Positions 33,231 to 46,048 of a DNA stretch of 64,000 bases are shown here, piece by piece (the first letter of the stretch is position 1; every line of letters starts with the position of its first letter). Under the pieces are notes generated by a model. That model searched no databases, was not told the DNA's origin, and saw nothing but the letters and a program-made list of their open reading frames with translations. The stretch is from NCBI RefSeq assembly GCF_009834535.1, contig NC_045704.1, forward strand, positions 17,112,001 through 17,176,000, read 5' to 3'. A program made the translations under genes and the position numbers. This DNA comes from Camelus ferus (lineage: Eukaryota).

Positions 33231-34303
33231 AAGCATAGGAGGGCCTCCAATCTTGGAAGGTAGTGAAAAGAAAGCCTACTCTCGCCCAAGCCAAGGAGAG
33301 TTCCCCTAACAGGAGGTAAGTTGAAAGGTAGTGGAAGCCATCACCTCTCCTCAACCTGACAGCCTCCACTAGGGGAAAGCTGCTCTCCATCTCAGTGCTG
33401 CTCTATTCCTCAGGCAACTCATTTCCCCTCTGAGCCCATTTAAATAGATCTTGTCTAGGTGCCCTGCAGACCTTAGCTTCCTCCCAGAAATGGTAAGTGG
33501 AAACAGTCTTAAGATCACACAGCAACTAACTGGACCAGGTCTTGACTCCTGGGCAGGACTCAGCTCCTAGACTTAACCACTATATCCCTTTTTATCCACA
33601 CAGATCAGAGGTGCACAATCGGTTCCCAGGTGTGTGATTCTCTCCCCCAGGAAACGCTAGTGGTTGGGAATCCCTGCCCACTCCACCCCCACCCTGGGTC
33701 CCCTTCTCCCCCAGGAAGGAACACCCCAGGTATTGTGTAAGAAACTTGAGTTCCTAAGCCCTTAAACAAGCTGTGGGGAAAGAGCAAGAAGCCACAACCT
33801 CAGCTGTAGCCACAGGGCAGCAGGAAGCATTCGGCCTCGGGAGGGACAAGAGTGCCAGATTTAAGACAAGGTGACTGCCTAAGTGTCAGGGGAGGGAAGC
33901 CATCTGGAGAGGGGTCCTAGGCAGAGAGCACTGCCTGCTGATCCATTTGGTTTCCAAACCTTTGTGTTCTATCAGCCTGAGAGAGAGCTGGCCCACCTTA
34001 CTGAACTAGTTTAAAATACCAGCACTCCCAAGGACATACAGGAGCAAAGCATGTGCAAATGAAGGTGGGAGAGTTTATGACTCCAAGTCATTGTTTCCTC
34101 CTTAGACAGATGAGGAAACAGGCCAAGAGAAGGGAAAGGCTGTGGCAGTAGGCAGCAGATGATCCAGCATCCTGCCCACCTTCCAGCCCAATACTGGGCC
34201 AGAACTCCAGGATTGGTAGTGCTCTCATCAACTCCTCCCTCCAGCCCATAAAGAAAGAGTCCTAGGGAGCCCTGATGCCCACCTATGCCCCATCCAGGGC
34301 AGT

Positions 34304-34309
34304 TTTATT
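34304..34309 (-). terminator. DEDD2: DEDD2 polyadenylation signal AATAAA
   Basis: tttatt on the plus strand ~770 nt downstream of the DEDD2 stop codon. Confidence 0.75.
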
Positions 34310-35081
34310 GGAGCCATTTGTAAAAGGCCTTTCCCATCAGCCCCATGCCTCTGCCTTCCCTTTCTAAGAAGAAAGTTGGTGTCTGGTCCTGGCCCCTGGG
34401 ACACAGCTCATTTGGTCTGCTGCTGCCGCAACACATGTGTGACATTCTGGGTGCAGATCTGTGTACAAGTCTGTCCAGCCTCCAGGAGAAGGTGGAGAGC
34501 CAGGTCTGTGTGTGGAAGCTGGGCAGAGCCCTGGCTGGCTGTAGAGATGTGTGGGCAAGGTGAGCATGCCCCGGGTGCACCCCAGCTCCGTGCCCACTGC
34601 TGCGGCTGAAGCCCAGGGTTGGGGGCAGTATAATCAGAGATCCTGAGAGAAAAGCCCTTAGGCCAAAGTGGAGCGGGCCAGGGCAGGAGCCCAGGGGACG
34701 TTTCAGAGGGGGCCAGTGTGTGTGCACACACAGCCCTGGGTCAGGGAAACATGTGCAAGGGGCCTTTGGTGAATGTGTGGCTATGCTTCTCTTCCTTTTG
34801 GATCAGCATGCCTGAGCCCCCAGCTTCCTGAAGCTGAGGGAACACACCTGGGGGTGGGGGGGGAGAGTTGGGAAGGAAACTCAGCTGGAAGTGGTTTAGG
34901 CCTCAGCACCCACATCCTGTGGGAGGGCCTGTCAAGGGGCCAGGATGTCAAGGGGCCTGGCTGTCGCAGTCCTCAGAGCTGCTGGAGTGACAGTCATTTA
35001 GGGGTAGAGATGGTCATCATCCTCCAGAGGAGAAGGTAGCCCAGAAGCTAGGAGGTGGGGTCAGTCCTGCCAGATCCAGGA

Positions 35082-35473
35082 TCAGGAGGCCTCAGTTGGG
35101 CGCCGTCCCCCCTCCTCCTCCATCAGCAGCAGGCGGCGCCGGCCAGCCTCGTAGTCGGCCTCGTCCACACTGACCAGCAGTCGGACAGCCTCCCGGCCCA
35201 CGGCCTCACGCAGAGCCTCAGTCAGGAACACGCCCCGCAGGGCCTGCAGCAGGGCACCACTCAGGTAGTCACCCCAGAAGGCGTCCAGATAGGAGAGCTC
35301 CGAGAACTTGATGTCACAGACCACAGAGCCCAGGTCCCGTGAGCGCAGGACCGCAGTGGCCTGCCCAAACACGTCCAGCTGCCGTGCCAGTGCCTGGGGC
35401 CGCCGGGATGCCACACCCTGCTCCAAGGCTGGCCCATGTTCGCAGTACTCCGCTCGCACCCTCAGCCGGATGT
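35082..35473 (-). CDS. DEDD2: DEDD2 last coding exon (392 nt; D-IRLRVRAEYCEHG...EEEGGRRPTEAS*)
   Basis: Translation matches the DEDD2 C-terminus; acceptor ctgcag|AC. Joined CDS 47926-47599, 46048-45929, 43271-43131, 35473-35082 = 981 nt = 326 aa + stop. Confidence 0.98.
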
Positions 35474-35799
35474 CTGCAGAGAAGGACGGACTGGTCAGGG
35501 AGGGGCTGACACCCAAAACACTGCACAGGGGGAAGAGGGGGACTGGAGGAGGGAAAGGGGGACTGCCACCCTTCCTCCTTCCCTCAGGCCTCCTCCTGCT
35601 GCCCCCCACCGTGGGTTGTACTGCACCAGCCCCACATCCTTCCCCCTTCCGGTAACCACACCCAAGTACGGATGACACCCGCACTCGGTTTCCCTCCTGT
35701 GGTCTGGCCTGTTACCTCCTAACCTAGTGACCTTCTCTTCCCCTTACATGGCCCACTCCAGCCTCACCACTCCTTGCTGCTCGGTCCCCTCATCACCAG

Positions 35800-36135
35800 G
35801 CAGGTTCCACCCGGCCCTACCTACCCTTCAGCCAGGAATGTTCTGTCCCCAGTCTCCTCTCTCACTTCCTTCAGGTCTTTGCTCAAATGCCACCTTCCCA
35901 ATGAGACTATCCCACCCAGTGCCCAGAATTTCCAGTTCCCCATACTTTGCTCCATTTCTTCCCAAGGACCTTATTACCTAATCTACTCTAAGCTTTCCTT
36001 TACTGTCAGGCTTATCATCTGTCTCCTCCCAGTGTGAGCTCCCTGAAGAAAGAAATTTTCGTCTGTTTTGTTCACTTGTATAGCCCCATGGTACAAAGGA
36101 GGTACTTGATAGACATTTGTGAAAGAACCAATGCA
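35800..36135 (+). mobile_element. L2 LINE 3' end
   Basis: tcacttccttcaggtctttgctcaaatgccaccttccc..tgtgagctccctgaagaaagaaattttcgtctgttttgttcacttgtatagcccc..tacttgatagacatttgtgaaagaa. Confidence 0.85.
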
Positions 36136-37679
36136 TGAGAGATGGGACTTGCTTTTAGGTAACCAGCCTCACTCACCCATCTCCCACCCTCAAACAGTGA
36201 CATTCATGTAGGGCCAACCACCTCCCCAGCCCCCCACCCATCAAGCAAGCACCAGGCCCAGGAGATTCAAGACTGGAACTGGGCTGGCTCTACCAGAAGC
36301 AGGAGCTCTCTTTCCACAGGGGCTGCCAAAAAGGTGGGCTGTAAGCCCAGAGCTGCTGGGGGCCATTTTGCCACCAGGAGGTGAGAGAATGAAACCTACA
36401 CAAGGCTAAGGTTAGAGACAAAAAGACCCTTGAGTTCACTGCATATGCCTGAAGCAGCTGGATTTTCAGCTATAATCAACTTCCTTCTTGCTTAAGCCAG
36501 TCTGAGTTTCTGTCACAACCCTGCCCACATCCACCCAAATGAGGCGGCAGCTGTGTGCAGGGGATAGGACTTGGAACTTCCAAGGCATCCATGTAAATGT
36601 GACCTCAGGCATATTACCTCCCTGTGGGATTACTGAATTCCCACCTGTGAACCGGGCTAACAGAACCTCCTCTCCACTCACAACACAGGCTGTCCTGAGG
36701 ATCAGCTATAAGCTAGAAATGACTATAAGCAGTAGATTGACATGAACTCATTTAATCCACAAACAACCCTGCGAGGCAGTCCCTATTATCACCCCAATTT
36801 AGAGATGAAAAAATGGAGGCAAAGAGAAGTGAAGTGATTTGCCTAAGTTCGCATGGCCAGGCAGTGGCAGTGTCTGCCAAAGGTCAGTGATTCTCCCATG
36901 ACCCAGAGAGCAGCTTTAGGTCTATGGAGCCGATTCCAACCCAGGACCCTTCAGGCACTGGCTGTGTGACCTGGGACAAGCCACCGCTTCTCTGAGCCCA
37001 GGTTCCTGTCTAAACCAGGGGACAATCCCTACTGGGAACAGCTGTTCAGATGATTAAAGAGAGAACAATAGATAGAAAGGAACTGGCTAGCACTACAAAT
37101 GGTGACCAATGGGTACTCCATGAACAGTAGCCAACAGCTCTGATGTGCCAAAAGCTTTACCCTTGGAGATTCAGCAGGATCAGCTCTATGGGGCTGGGGC
37201 CACATTCAACCCACTTGACAGATGAAGTAACTGAAGCTTTGGAAGGGGAAGTATCATGCCCTGGACTCCCTTCACCTTTCACAGACCGTGTCAGCAGCAG
37301 AGCAGAAAGTGTAAGGCAGGTCTCTGCTTCCCCAGGCGACTTCTCAGCATCGACCACTTCCTCCTCCCACCCCAAACCCCAAACCCTTCCTCTTTCTGCC
37401 TTTAGCAGAACCTCACCCTCTCTGCTTAACTCCCAGGGAAACCTGCCTGGCCTCGGCCCCAGGACTTCCCACAGCACTCAGGCCTGGCTCCCTCCATCCT
37501 AAGGACTATGTAAGACCTCTGGGTTCATATCCTTGACTCCTATGAGTGTCTAACCATATCCTCAACAGGCATGGGCCAGGGAGCAGGGGACTGGGAGAAG
37601 CAGCACCTGTCCAAGGCCACACGGGGCTGCTCAGTGGCAGAGGCACAGAGCCAGGTGGCGGAGTCCGACAGACCTTGAG

Positions 37680-37855
37680 GCGAGTCCCAGCTCTGCCACT
37701 CTCTAGCTGTGGGGCCTTGGGCATGTGACCTCACCTCTCTGAGCCTCAGTTTCCCCATCTGAAAAACATAAACAGACAAACAAGAGGTCCCTGCTGCACG
37801 ATGGGGTCATGAGGATTAGACAACTTGTGAAGTACTTGACACAGGGTCTAGACAC
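37680..37855 (+). mobile_element. MIR SINE
   Basis: gtcccagctctgccactctctagctgtggggccttgggcatgtgacctcacctctctgagcctcagtttccccatctgaaaa. Confidence 0.9.
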
Positions 37856-40800
37856 AGAAGGCACCCAGAAATAGGAACTGATTTCAACACTCACCACTCT
37901 ACCCCCACGGCCCCTGCCTAGGCCTTGCCCTCTCTCATCTGGGTCCCGAGCCAACCTCCTCCCTCATCTCCTCCTTCAATCCCAGCTACATACCCTGCCC
38001 TCCGGCCACAAGGGAAATGCTCCCAGTATAAGCCTTACTTACTCACAAAACCACCTGTCCACCTCCTCTGCCCAGAATGCCCACTCACCCACCAAGGCCC
38101 AGCTCACGGCACTTCCAGCCCACCCAGGTGAGTCCCCTCCCAGACTGCCTTCCTCCTCAGCACAGACTGCTACCAGACCTGCAGTGGAGACTGTATATTC
38201 ACCCGGAGCCCACCAGCCATGGTGGGGGTGGAAGGACAGGGCCAGGGTGGATTCATGCGTGTCCCATTCATTCTTCATTCACCCGATATTTACTAAGTGC
38301 CAGGAATGCTGGGGAGACATGAGCGCCCTGCTGCAAGCCGGACTGGGAGACATGTAAGCCCAGTCAAGGGAAACTTCGTGTGGGCCACACCCCACCCAGG
38401 TGCTTTCCCTATCTTAACCCCCGAGTCCTCACAGCACTTTCATTATTCCATTTACAGCTGAGGAAATGGTCCAACTCTGGTCTGGAACACAAAACAGCAC
38501 GCAAAAGGGGAGGACAGGGAAGCACCACTTAGGAAAAGGGAAGATGTGCATTATCCAAGCCACTGCTCCATCCCTGGATCTGAATCACGGACATCATGCA
38601 CCATCTCTCCTCACTATTCGCCAAAATAACTTAATGACAGGCAACACTTGTACAGTACTTACTGCACTACCTATGCACATTTCACATCTACTGACCTTTT
38701 TGATTATACCTGCAACCTTATGAGGCAGTGCTATTATCCCCTTTTTGCAGATGTGGAAACTAAGGCACAAGAGATGAGTTACCTGTCCACAGGCAGGAAA
38801 TCACAGAGCTGGAATTCCAACTGAGATGCCTGGCCCCTGAGCCCAAGCTCTTAACTACCCTTATCCTGTTTGCTGCTTCTCATACAACCACACACAAAAG
38901 TCTGTAATTAGAAGACATCCCAAGGGTCAGGCGAGAAAATAATAAAGAGTGAATTGTAATTTAGATCTAAACGATCAGAGAGGATCTCTCCAGGAAATGA
39001 CATTGGAAGCGAAGTGTGAAGGAGGACAAGTCAGTCAAGATAGGACAACAGTGAGAAGAGTAGCATTCCCAGAAGAGTGTGGAGTGTGTGCAAGTCCAGA
39101 GGCAGAAAATGAACTTGAGGTGTTCACAAGCTGGGGGCCAGACCATGGTGGAGAAGGGCACAAGGACACAACTGGAAGGGTGGGGTTGACCACACCCTGG
39201 CAGGCCAGAGCAGGGAGTCTGGGCCTTCCGAGCAGACCACACCTCTCTGCGCCTCAGTGGCCTCCTCCATAAAATAACCTCACCCCAATCAACTGCTCTC
39301 AGGCAGTCACTGTTAGGATTACACGGCTGGATGCAGGTAAAGGGCTGCGGCCAGTGCCTGGCCCGTAATGAGCCTCTGAGTGCAGCAGGAAGGAAGTGGC
39401 CTCATGACACCAAGACAACTCCAGTTGCTCTATAGAAGCAGCAGGGTGGTCAGCAACAGAGCCAGGGTAGCAGACAGGACAGGCTGAAGGCGGCTGGTTC
39501 AGGATGGAAGCAGTAGACATGGAGAGAAGTCAATGGACTGGCCCAGGCATGATAGTGAGGGTCGCAGTTCCCAGCACCCATATGACCTGGGCTGAGGCCC
39601 AGCCAAATGGATTCCTCCATCCAGGAACACCAAGCGTTTGTCAACAGTCCCTCTCCACTTGTGGGGAAATGTTCCTTGCCCCCATGGCAGAGGGTGGAGC
39701 CATGCCTTCCTAGAGAGCAGAGCTGCTCCTGTTTCCTGCACTCAGGTGGACCCCAGAACCCTCTTGTCCCTCTACCCCATGCCTCATCAGTCTCTTCTGG
39801 GACACAGCGGGCTGCAGAGGGAAATGGGAGGACACGCCTATGAGGGACAGACCCAGGTGAGCAGATGAGCAGCCTTATGTGCCAGACCTGGCGCTGGGAG
39901 TGGCTGGAGGTCAGGGATGAATCTCTCTCAGGTCTCCCCTCTGGGAGTTATTAGTAGGAAGGGCTGGGGATATAGAGGACCTGTGCTCCCATGCCAGGCA
40001 AAGAGAAAACAGCCAGCGAGCTCTAAAGGAAAGACTGCCACACCAGGCTGCATCACCTTCCTCTGGACAACAGCCAAACCCCTCCCCTGCTCCAGTCTCT
40101 TTCCCAAGGCCCAGCCAGAGTCATGATGTCAATGTAAAGTTTTCAACCTCTACTGAACTAAGGGATGGAGGCAAGGAGAAGAGGCTGCTGCTTCTGCCTG
40201 TTTACTGAAGGAAGAGCACAATACTACCTAGGAAGTTAGCTTGAAAAAAACAAAGTATCATACCAGAATCTGACCAAGCCTCTCCAGGCCCAACTACTGA
40301 TTTTCAGGAAATACAGACGACAGGGGAACACGTTCAGTCAACCCTACCACAGAATGCATTCGGCAAAATCCGGTTTTTGGGAAATACTACAGGACAACTA
40401 CTCTCAAAAAAAGAAGTGCAAAGGGAGTGGGGGAGAGAAATCAGAGGTTGTGGGGGAATCCTACAGGAGAGACTCAGAGAACCAATATTTATTACTTTAG
40501 AATGGGAAATTTAAGCACTGAGCAGAATGTTGAAAGTAAGAAGCTTTTCTTAATTTTTTGGGTGTAATTTTTTTTTTAAAGAATTCTTATCTTCTAAAGA
40601 TACACAGTGAAAAATCTACAGATGAAATAATAGGACACCTGGAACTGACTCCAAAACATATGGCTGATGAAATGAGATCAGCCACAACTTTACAACCGTT
40701 GAAGTTGGGTGACAGGGAGCTAGGGATCATTATGGTAGTCTGTCTGCTTCTGTTTCTTCTCCATAGAAAACATCAAGGCGAAAAAAGCTCAGCCTGTCAT

Positions 40801-43130
40801 CCAAATCCTCCAACTGATTTCCATCATTTAAAAAATCCAAAGCCCTGACCCGTGGCTCACAGGCTTTGCAGGATGGGCCCCTGGTCATCTCTCCTGGCCT
40901 CTCCTCCTGACAGCCTCCCCCAATGCCACCACTCCAGCCCTGCCAGCTTCCTTGCAATCCTATCACCAACAATTGGCATGTTCCCACTCAGGCCTTCATT
41001 CCTGCTGTCCCCTCTATCTGAACCACTCCTCCCCAGCCATCCACAGACTCCTCCCTCTCCTCCTCTCTTCTGAGAGGGCTTCCTAGACCAATCTGTCTTG
41101 AAAATACACCTGGAACTGCATTTTCCATCATTCTCTACCCCTCGTCCTGTCTCTTCACTGCTGACATTTGAAGTTTCTCTTTCTCTTAACTTTCTCCTCC
41201 AACACAAGCTCCCTGAGGACAAGGGCCTCCAATCCCTGCTGTGGGAGGTCAGCACTTAGTAAGCTCTATAAATATATATAGAATAACCAAGTGAACAAAC
41301 CCGAGTTTCAGCCCAGTCCCGCCACTCTTCACAATGGGGGACATCATCCCTATCTCAAGGGTGGTCTTGAGAATCTAAGGTCAGGTGAGAAGCACACCCA
41401 GCACAGTGCTCAGTGGATGGCCCTGAGAGGGACATGGAAACTCAGAGGTCCTGTGTCTGAGCCCAGGATCCCCCATGGCCCCTTCTTCACACTCTTGGGT
41501 CCTCAGAGGAGTTTAGTCTGGTTCTATCCAGTGGTGGGCATCTGACTGGGGTCAACCCCCAGAACTGTTACAGGTGAGGAGGAGCAACAATGGCAGGCCC
41601 CTTCCTTACTCAGGTCTGGAAGGGCCTCCTTCCACCCCTGGGACTAAGCCATATCCACTTACAAGGGGAAAAGCAGGGCTCTACTGGGGAGAGCCTCACT
41701 CTAGCCCCACCCTGCCTAGTGAGTCAGCAGTCAGACCTGCTCACCCATCCTGCATCAAGAGCCAGCCACACCCAGGTTAACAACCTCCCCACCCTCCAAG
41801 AAGAGACCTAAAGCTTCCACTAGCAAGACCTCTCTCCAGCCTCAGCTTGGTCTGCTCCCCAGGGAAGGACTGACTCCCTGAGCCACCTAGCCAGTGGGCG
41901 GCTCTGTTAATTATAGTCTGACTCGGGGGAGAATCATGACCAGACAGCCACCCCCTCAAGTAGGGGCTGTCTGAGCACACAGGCTGGCTCTATTGGTCTG
42001 TTCCTCCTGACAGCACCCAGCACAGGTATCTGCATCCTCATCTATGGAGTGGATGTGAGGATCAGAGCCTGGGGATGGGGGCATAATGGGCACTGGGAAG
42101 GGGCAGGCATGCTCGCTTTGTGGGCTGAAGGCTCTGTAGATGGTAGAGGAAGCACCCCTAGGCTGAGGTCTCCTGGGGAGCAGAGCTGCCGCTGCTGCCG
42201 CCGCCGCCATGTCCATCTTCCCATCTGTAATTCTACCCCCACCCCACCCCAGCCTGAGCATCTCACCAGTTGATAGTTTCTGTGAAACTGCGGCTTGCCT
42301 ATCTCAGAGAAGAGGGTACCAGAGGGGTGTGGGGAGGTGTATGTGTATGACAGAGCCCACCTATGCCTGTGTCCTCCCCTCAGGACCACGGGGAATTTCT
42401 CAAAGGCAAGGTCTGCATGAGTCTGCACTGCAGAGTCCCCCAGCCTGCCCAAATCAACTTATCTGCAGGTCAAGTCACCTATATCCAAAATGTTTCCTTA
42501 TTCCCTTAGTCCACCTCCTTCTTACCCTCTCTCCAATGCCACTACCCCAGGCCAGACCTCTGCTTCCTCTTTGTTGGACTTAGCAGCCTCTTCACTCATT
42601 TCCCTGCTTCCAATTTGTTGAATTTCCTTCAAGTGCACCTGTTCTACATGCCTGGCACCATTCTAAGCACTCTGCAAACTGTAACTCATTTATTAACTGA
42701 TTTACGAGATGGAGTCAGAGATCCCTTAAAAACAGGTGTCAGATCACCTCACTCCCCTGCCTGAAACCCTTGCACAGTAATTGACATACAGAATAAAATC
42801 CAACTCCTATCTGCTCCAAGGCATGCCATGCCCAGCTGCTCAGCCCTTGACTGGTTCTTCTACCCATAAATGAAACTGAGGGCAGGGGGTTGTCAAGAAA
42901 GGCTTCCTGGAGGATGTGGCACACAACATAATACTTCAACTACAGGCAGGATGTGAACAAAATGACAATAGAAAGAACACGGATTCCACTGTGCTTAACA
43001 GATACACAGAGTCACTGCCCACCCATTAGGTGTCACACCCCAGACAGGGGCCTGGTTCTCCCACCCTCTGGCTCTACAGCCTGCCATGGGCATTGCCCAT
43101 GCATTTCCCAGGGCACACAGAGACACCTAC

Positions 43131-43271
43131 CACAAGTCACTTTGCCTTCTGAGGTGGGCCTGGCTGACTCCTGCTGCTGCTGGGGGTTGACTGGACCCCC
43201 TCTCCGCCGCCGTCTGGCACCACTACTGGGACGGCCTCGACTCCGCCGCTGCCGCTTAGTTGGGGGAGAAC
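43131..43271 (-). CDS. DEDD2: DEDD2 coding exon 3 (141 nt; GSPPTKRQRRSRGRPSSGARRRRRGG...GKVTC), containing the basic NLS-type clusters
   Basis: Acceptor ctcctcag|GT, donor TGTG|gtaggt; translation matches DEDD2 and phase is consistent. Confidence 0.98.
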
Positions 43272-43559
43272 CTGAGGAGAAAAAGGTGGGATGGGTTGAG
43301 GACCAGGATGACAGGTGGAGCACCAACATGGATGCCCAAGGAAGAGCTCAAGGCTGGACTCCATGCTGTGAGACCGTGGGTGAGCCTCTATGCTTCCTGG
43401 GCCTTGATCGCCCTGTCCATAAGATGAGAAGTAAGTACATCCACCTAGTAGCATCATTTAGAAGCGCAGATGAGCACAACCCCCGACCTGGCAGTCCCTC
43501 TCCCAGGTGTGACCCTAGAGAAACCCTGAACACTCATACCAGGAAACAGGCAGGACAAC

Positions 43560-45780
43560 AGTCACTGGAGCGTCCTTTATAGTTTATAACCATGTAAACT
43601 CAAAAACAAAGTAAATGTCTGACAAAAAGGATACACAGTAATTTCTAGGATAGATTGCTTAGTGAAATAAAGCAAGGTGCAAAGCAAGTACCTACTGTTT
43701 GCTATGTTTTGTATTAAAAAAGGAGGGGAAACAAAAATATACACATATTTGCTTTTTGTGCAAGATGAAACACAGTAAGGATTTATTAGAAATGAACGAA
43801 ACTGATTACCTATTGTAGGGGAGGGAGACAAAACTGGAAATGATACTTTTAAGAAAATCTTTTTTACATACTTTAGTTTTGATTTCAGGATCATGTAACT
43901 GTTTTGCATACTCAGAACACGACACAAAAAAACCGTAAAATTGAACACAAATAGAAACAAATTAATCTGTTTATATAATTGGTAACGAGGAGAAAAGAAA
44001 AGATTTCAAGTAACTAGGAAAAACATTCTGATGGTAAATTCTCAAAAGGATATACTCTGAATTAGAACCACCAAAGAACCTTATGTTTCATTCAGTAGAT
44101 ACAGTCAGCAGTGGTACCGACATTGTAATTTTGAAGCTGTTTTATTACTTTTGTGAAATAAAACAAGTAAGTCCATATCCCAATGTCAAGAACTAAGATT
44201 TTCAGTGTAAGACTAAAAAAAGTCTCTGTAAAATTAATTTTGAATTGCAAATACTAATATGAACTTTTTTTAAAAAGCAGTTTCTACCTCTGCTCACTAA
44301 AAGCATCTAGAAACAATGTGCATGCTCAGCACCTAGATCTCAGTCTCCAAATACCACTGGTTCTAAAAGAAACCAGGCTTCTGGAAACAGTTGATTCCAG
44401 GGCTGGGGAAGGGACAGGACATTTTGTACTCCTACAAAGCAGGAAGCACCCAAAGAATGATGGAGACACATCAAAAAGACAGAGAAGCTAACCAACTTGA
44501 GTATCAGAAAGAATGATTAATTGATTATAACACAGTAAATAAAAAAGAATACATGAGTCCACAGTGATACCCCTCTCTCCACTAAATAAAAAGAGAGAGG
44601 GAGGGAAGGAGAGAGAGAGAAGAGTAAAACTCCTCTTGAAAGAATGCCAACTAACAGACATAGAAAAAAATTAGAAAAAAATGAATTAGAAAAATCACCA
44701 TTTTGCAAATACCAATGTAATAACTGGTTCAGGCAGGATCACCAATGGATGCTAAACCCACTGGGAATGCTGCTGGGGAACAGAACGTGCCAACATGTCA
44801 TCCTATAGATCATTTACTAACTGCAGAGGGGAAACTGGCTCTATACAAAGGTTAAATATGGCAGACACCACCATAACCAAGTGACCAAACTTGCTCACAA
44901 CAGGAAAATCATTCCTTACGTGCCTCCTGACGTGCTCCAATGTGAAGCCCATGGCATCAACCAAGGAGCACACCTGCCAAAAACATGTAACCTGAATCTA
45001 ACCAACTCTTCAAACCCAATTGATTCAAAACATACGGGACAGGAGGAGAAGTTAAATGACACCATCAGGAAATTTTCAGACATATCTGGAAATAATCAGG
45101 ACGTTGTACAAAACAAGTGGCCTGGTAGGATCAACAGATCAATGTCATGGGGAAAAAAAGAAAAAGGTACTGGAGGTGGGGGAGTCAGTTCTATGATAAG
45201 AGGTTAAGGAGACTACTAACTGAATGCACAGCAATACAACTATGAGTGGATCCTGAAAGAGCAGACAATTTCGAGGAGATCTGAAAATGGACCATTAAGA
45301 TATCAAAGAATTAGCATTTATATCCTTTCTTAGGTATGACAATGGTCTTGAAGTAAATTCAGACAATCTCCTTATTCTCAGGAGATGCTTGGTAATTTAG
45401 GGGTAAAGTGTTCTGATGCCTGTAATTTACTTTCAAACAGTTCAACAAAAAACCCAGAATTACACAGATACACATAAAGCAAAACTATCAAAATGTTAAC
45501 ATGACTGAATTTGATGGAAGATACGAGCATATTCACTATTCTAATATTTCAACTTCTCTCTATGTTTGAAATTATATTTGAATGATTAAAAAACTAGGGG
45601 AGAGGAGACTGGATAAATTAATTGGCATGGCAATTAGACGAAACTAATTAGAGGTACTGAACGTGAATAAATCTCAGAAACATGTCCGACAAAGCCACGT
45701 GAAGAATGATACCCATTATATAACGCCATTTAGATGAAATATAAAACGGTGAGAAACAAGTCTATATGTCGTTTCTGGAC
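43560..45780 (+). mobile_element. Cluster of old L1M (L1MC/L1ME-type) 3' fragments in a DEDD2 intron
   Basis: AT-rich 2.2 kb with L1M 3' UTR phrases (ttgcttagtgaaataaagcaaggtgcaaag; aaaatcaccattttgcaaataccaatgtaataactggttcaggcagg; ggtatgacaatggt..; gcatattcactattctaatatttcaacttctc). Confidence 0.7.
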
Positions 45781-45928
45781 ACGTGCTTTTGCAGGAATAA
45801 TAAACACACACACACACACAAAACAAAACTGAGACAAAATCCCCCAACAGGCCCCTTCCTTGATGGGCCAGGATGGGGTTCAGAGGAAGAGAGGGACACT
45901 GCTGTCATGTGTACAGGGCTGGGCTCAC

Positions 45929-46048
45929 CTGTCTCCCACTGACCCTGCCGGGCATTTGAAGAACTGCTTGATCGCCGACGGCGGCGGCAGCTGCCCTCCG
46001 TCCTCTTTGAAGAGCTGGATGTGCCATAGTTGTAGCGTTCTGGAGACA
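45929..46048 (-). CDS. DEDD2: DEDD2 coding exon 2 (120 nt; VSPERYNYGTSSSSKRTEGSCRRRRRSSSSSNARQGQWETG)
   Basis: Acceptor cccccag|TG, donor ACAG|gtgagc; translation matches DEDD2. Confidence 0.98.
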
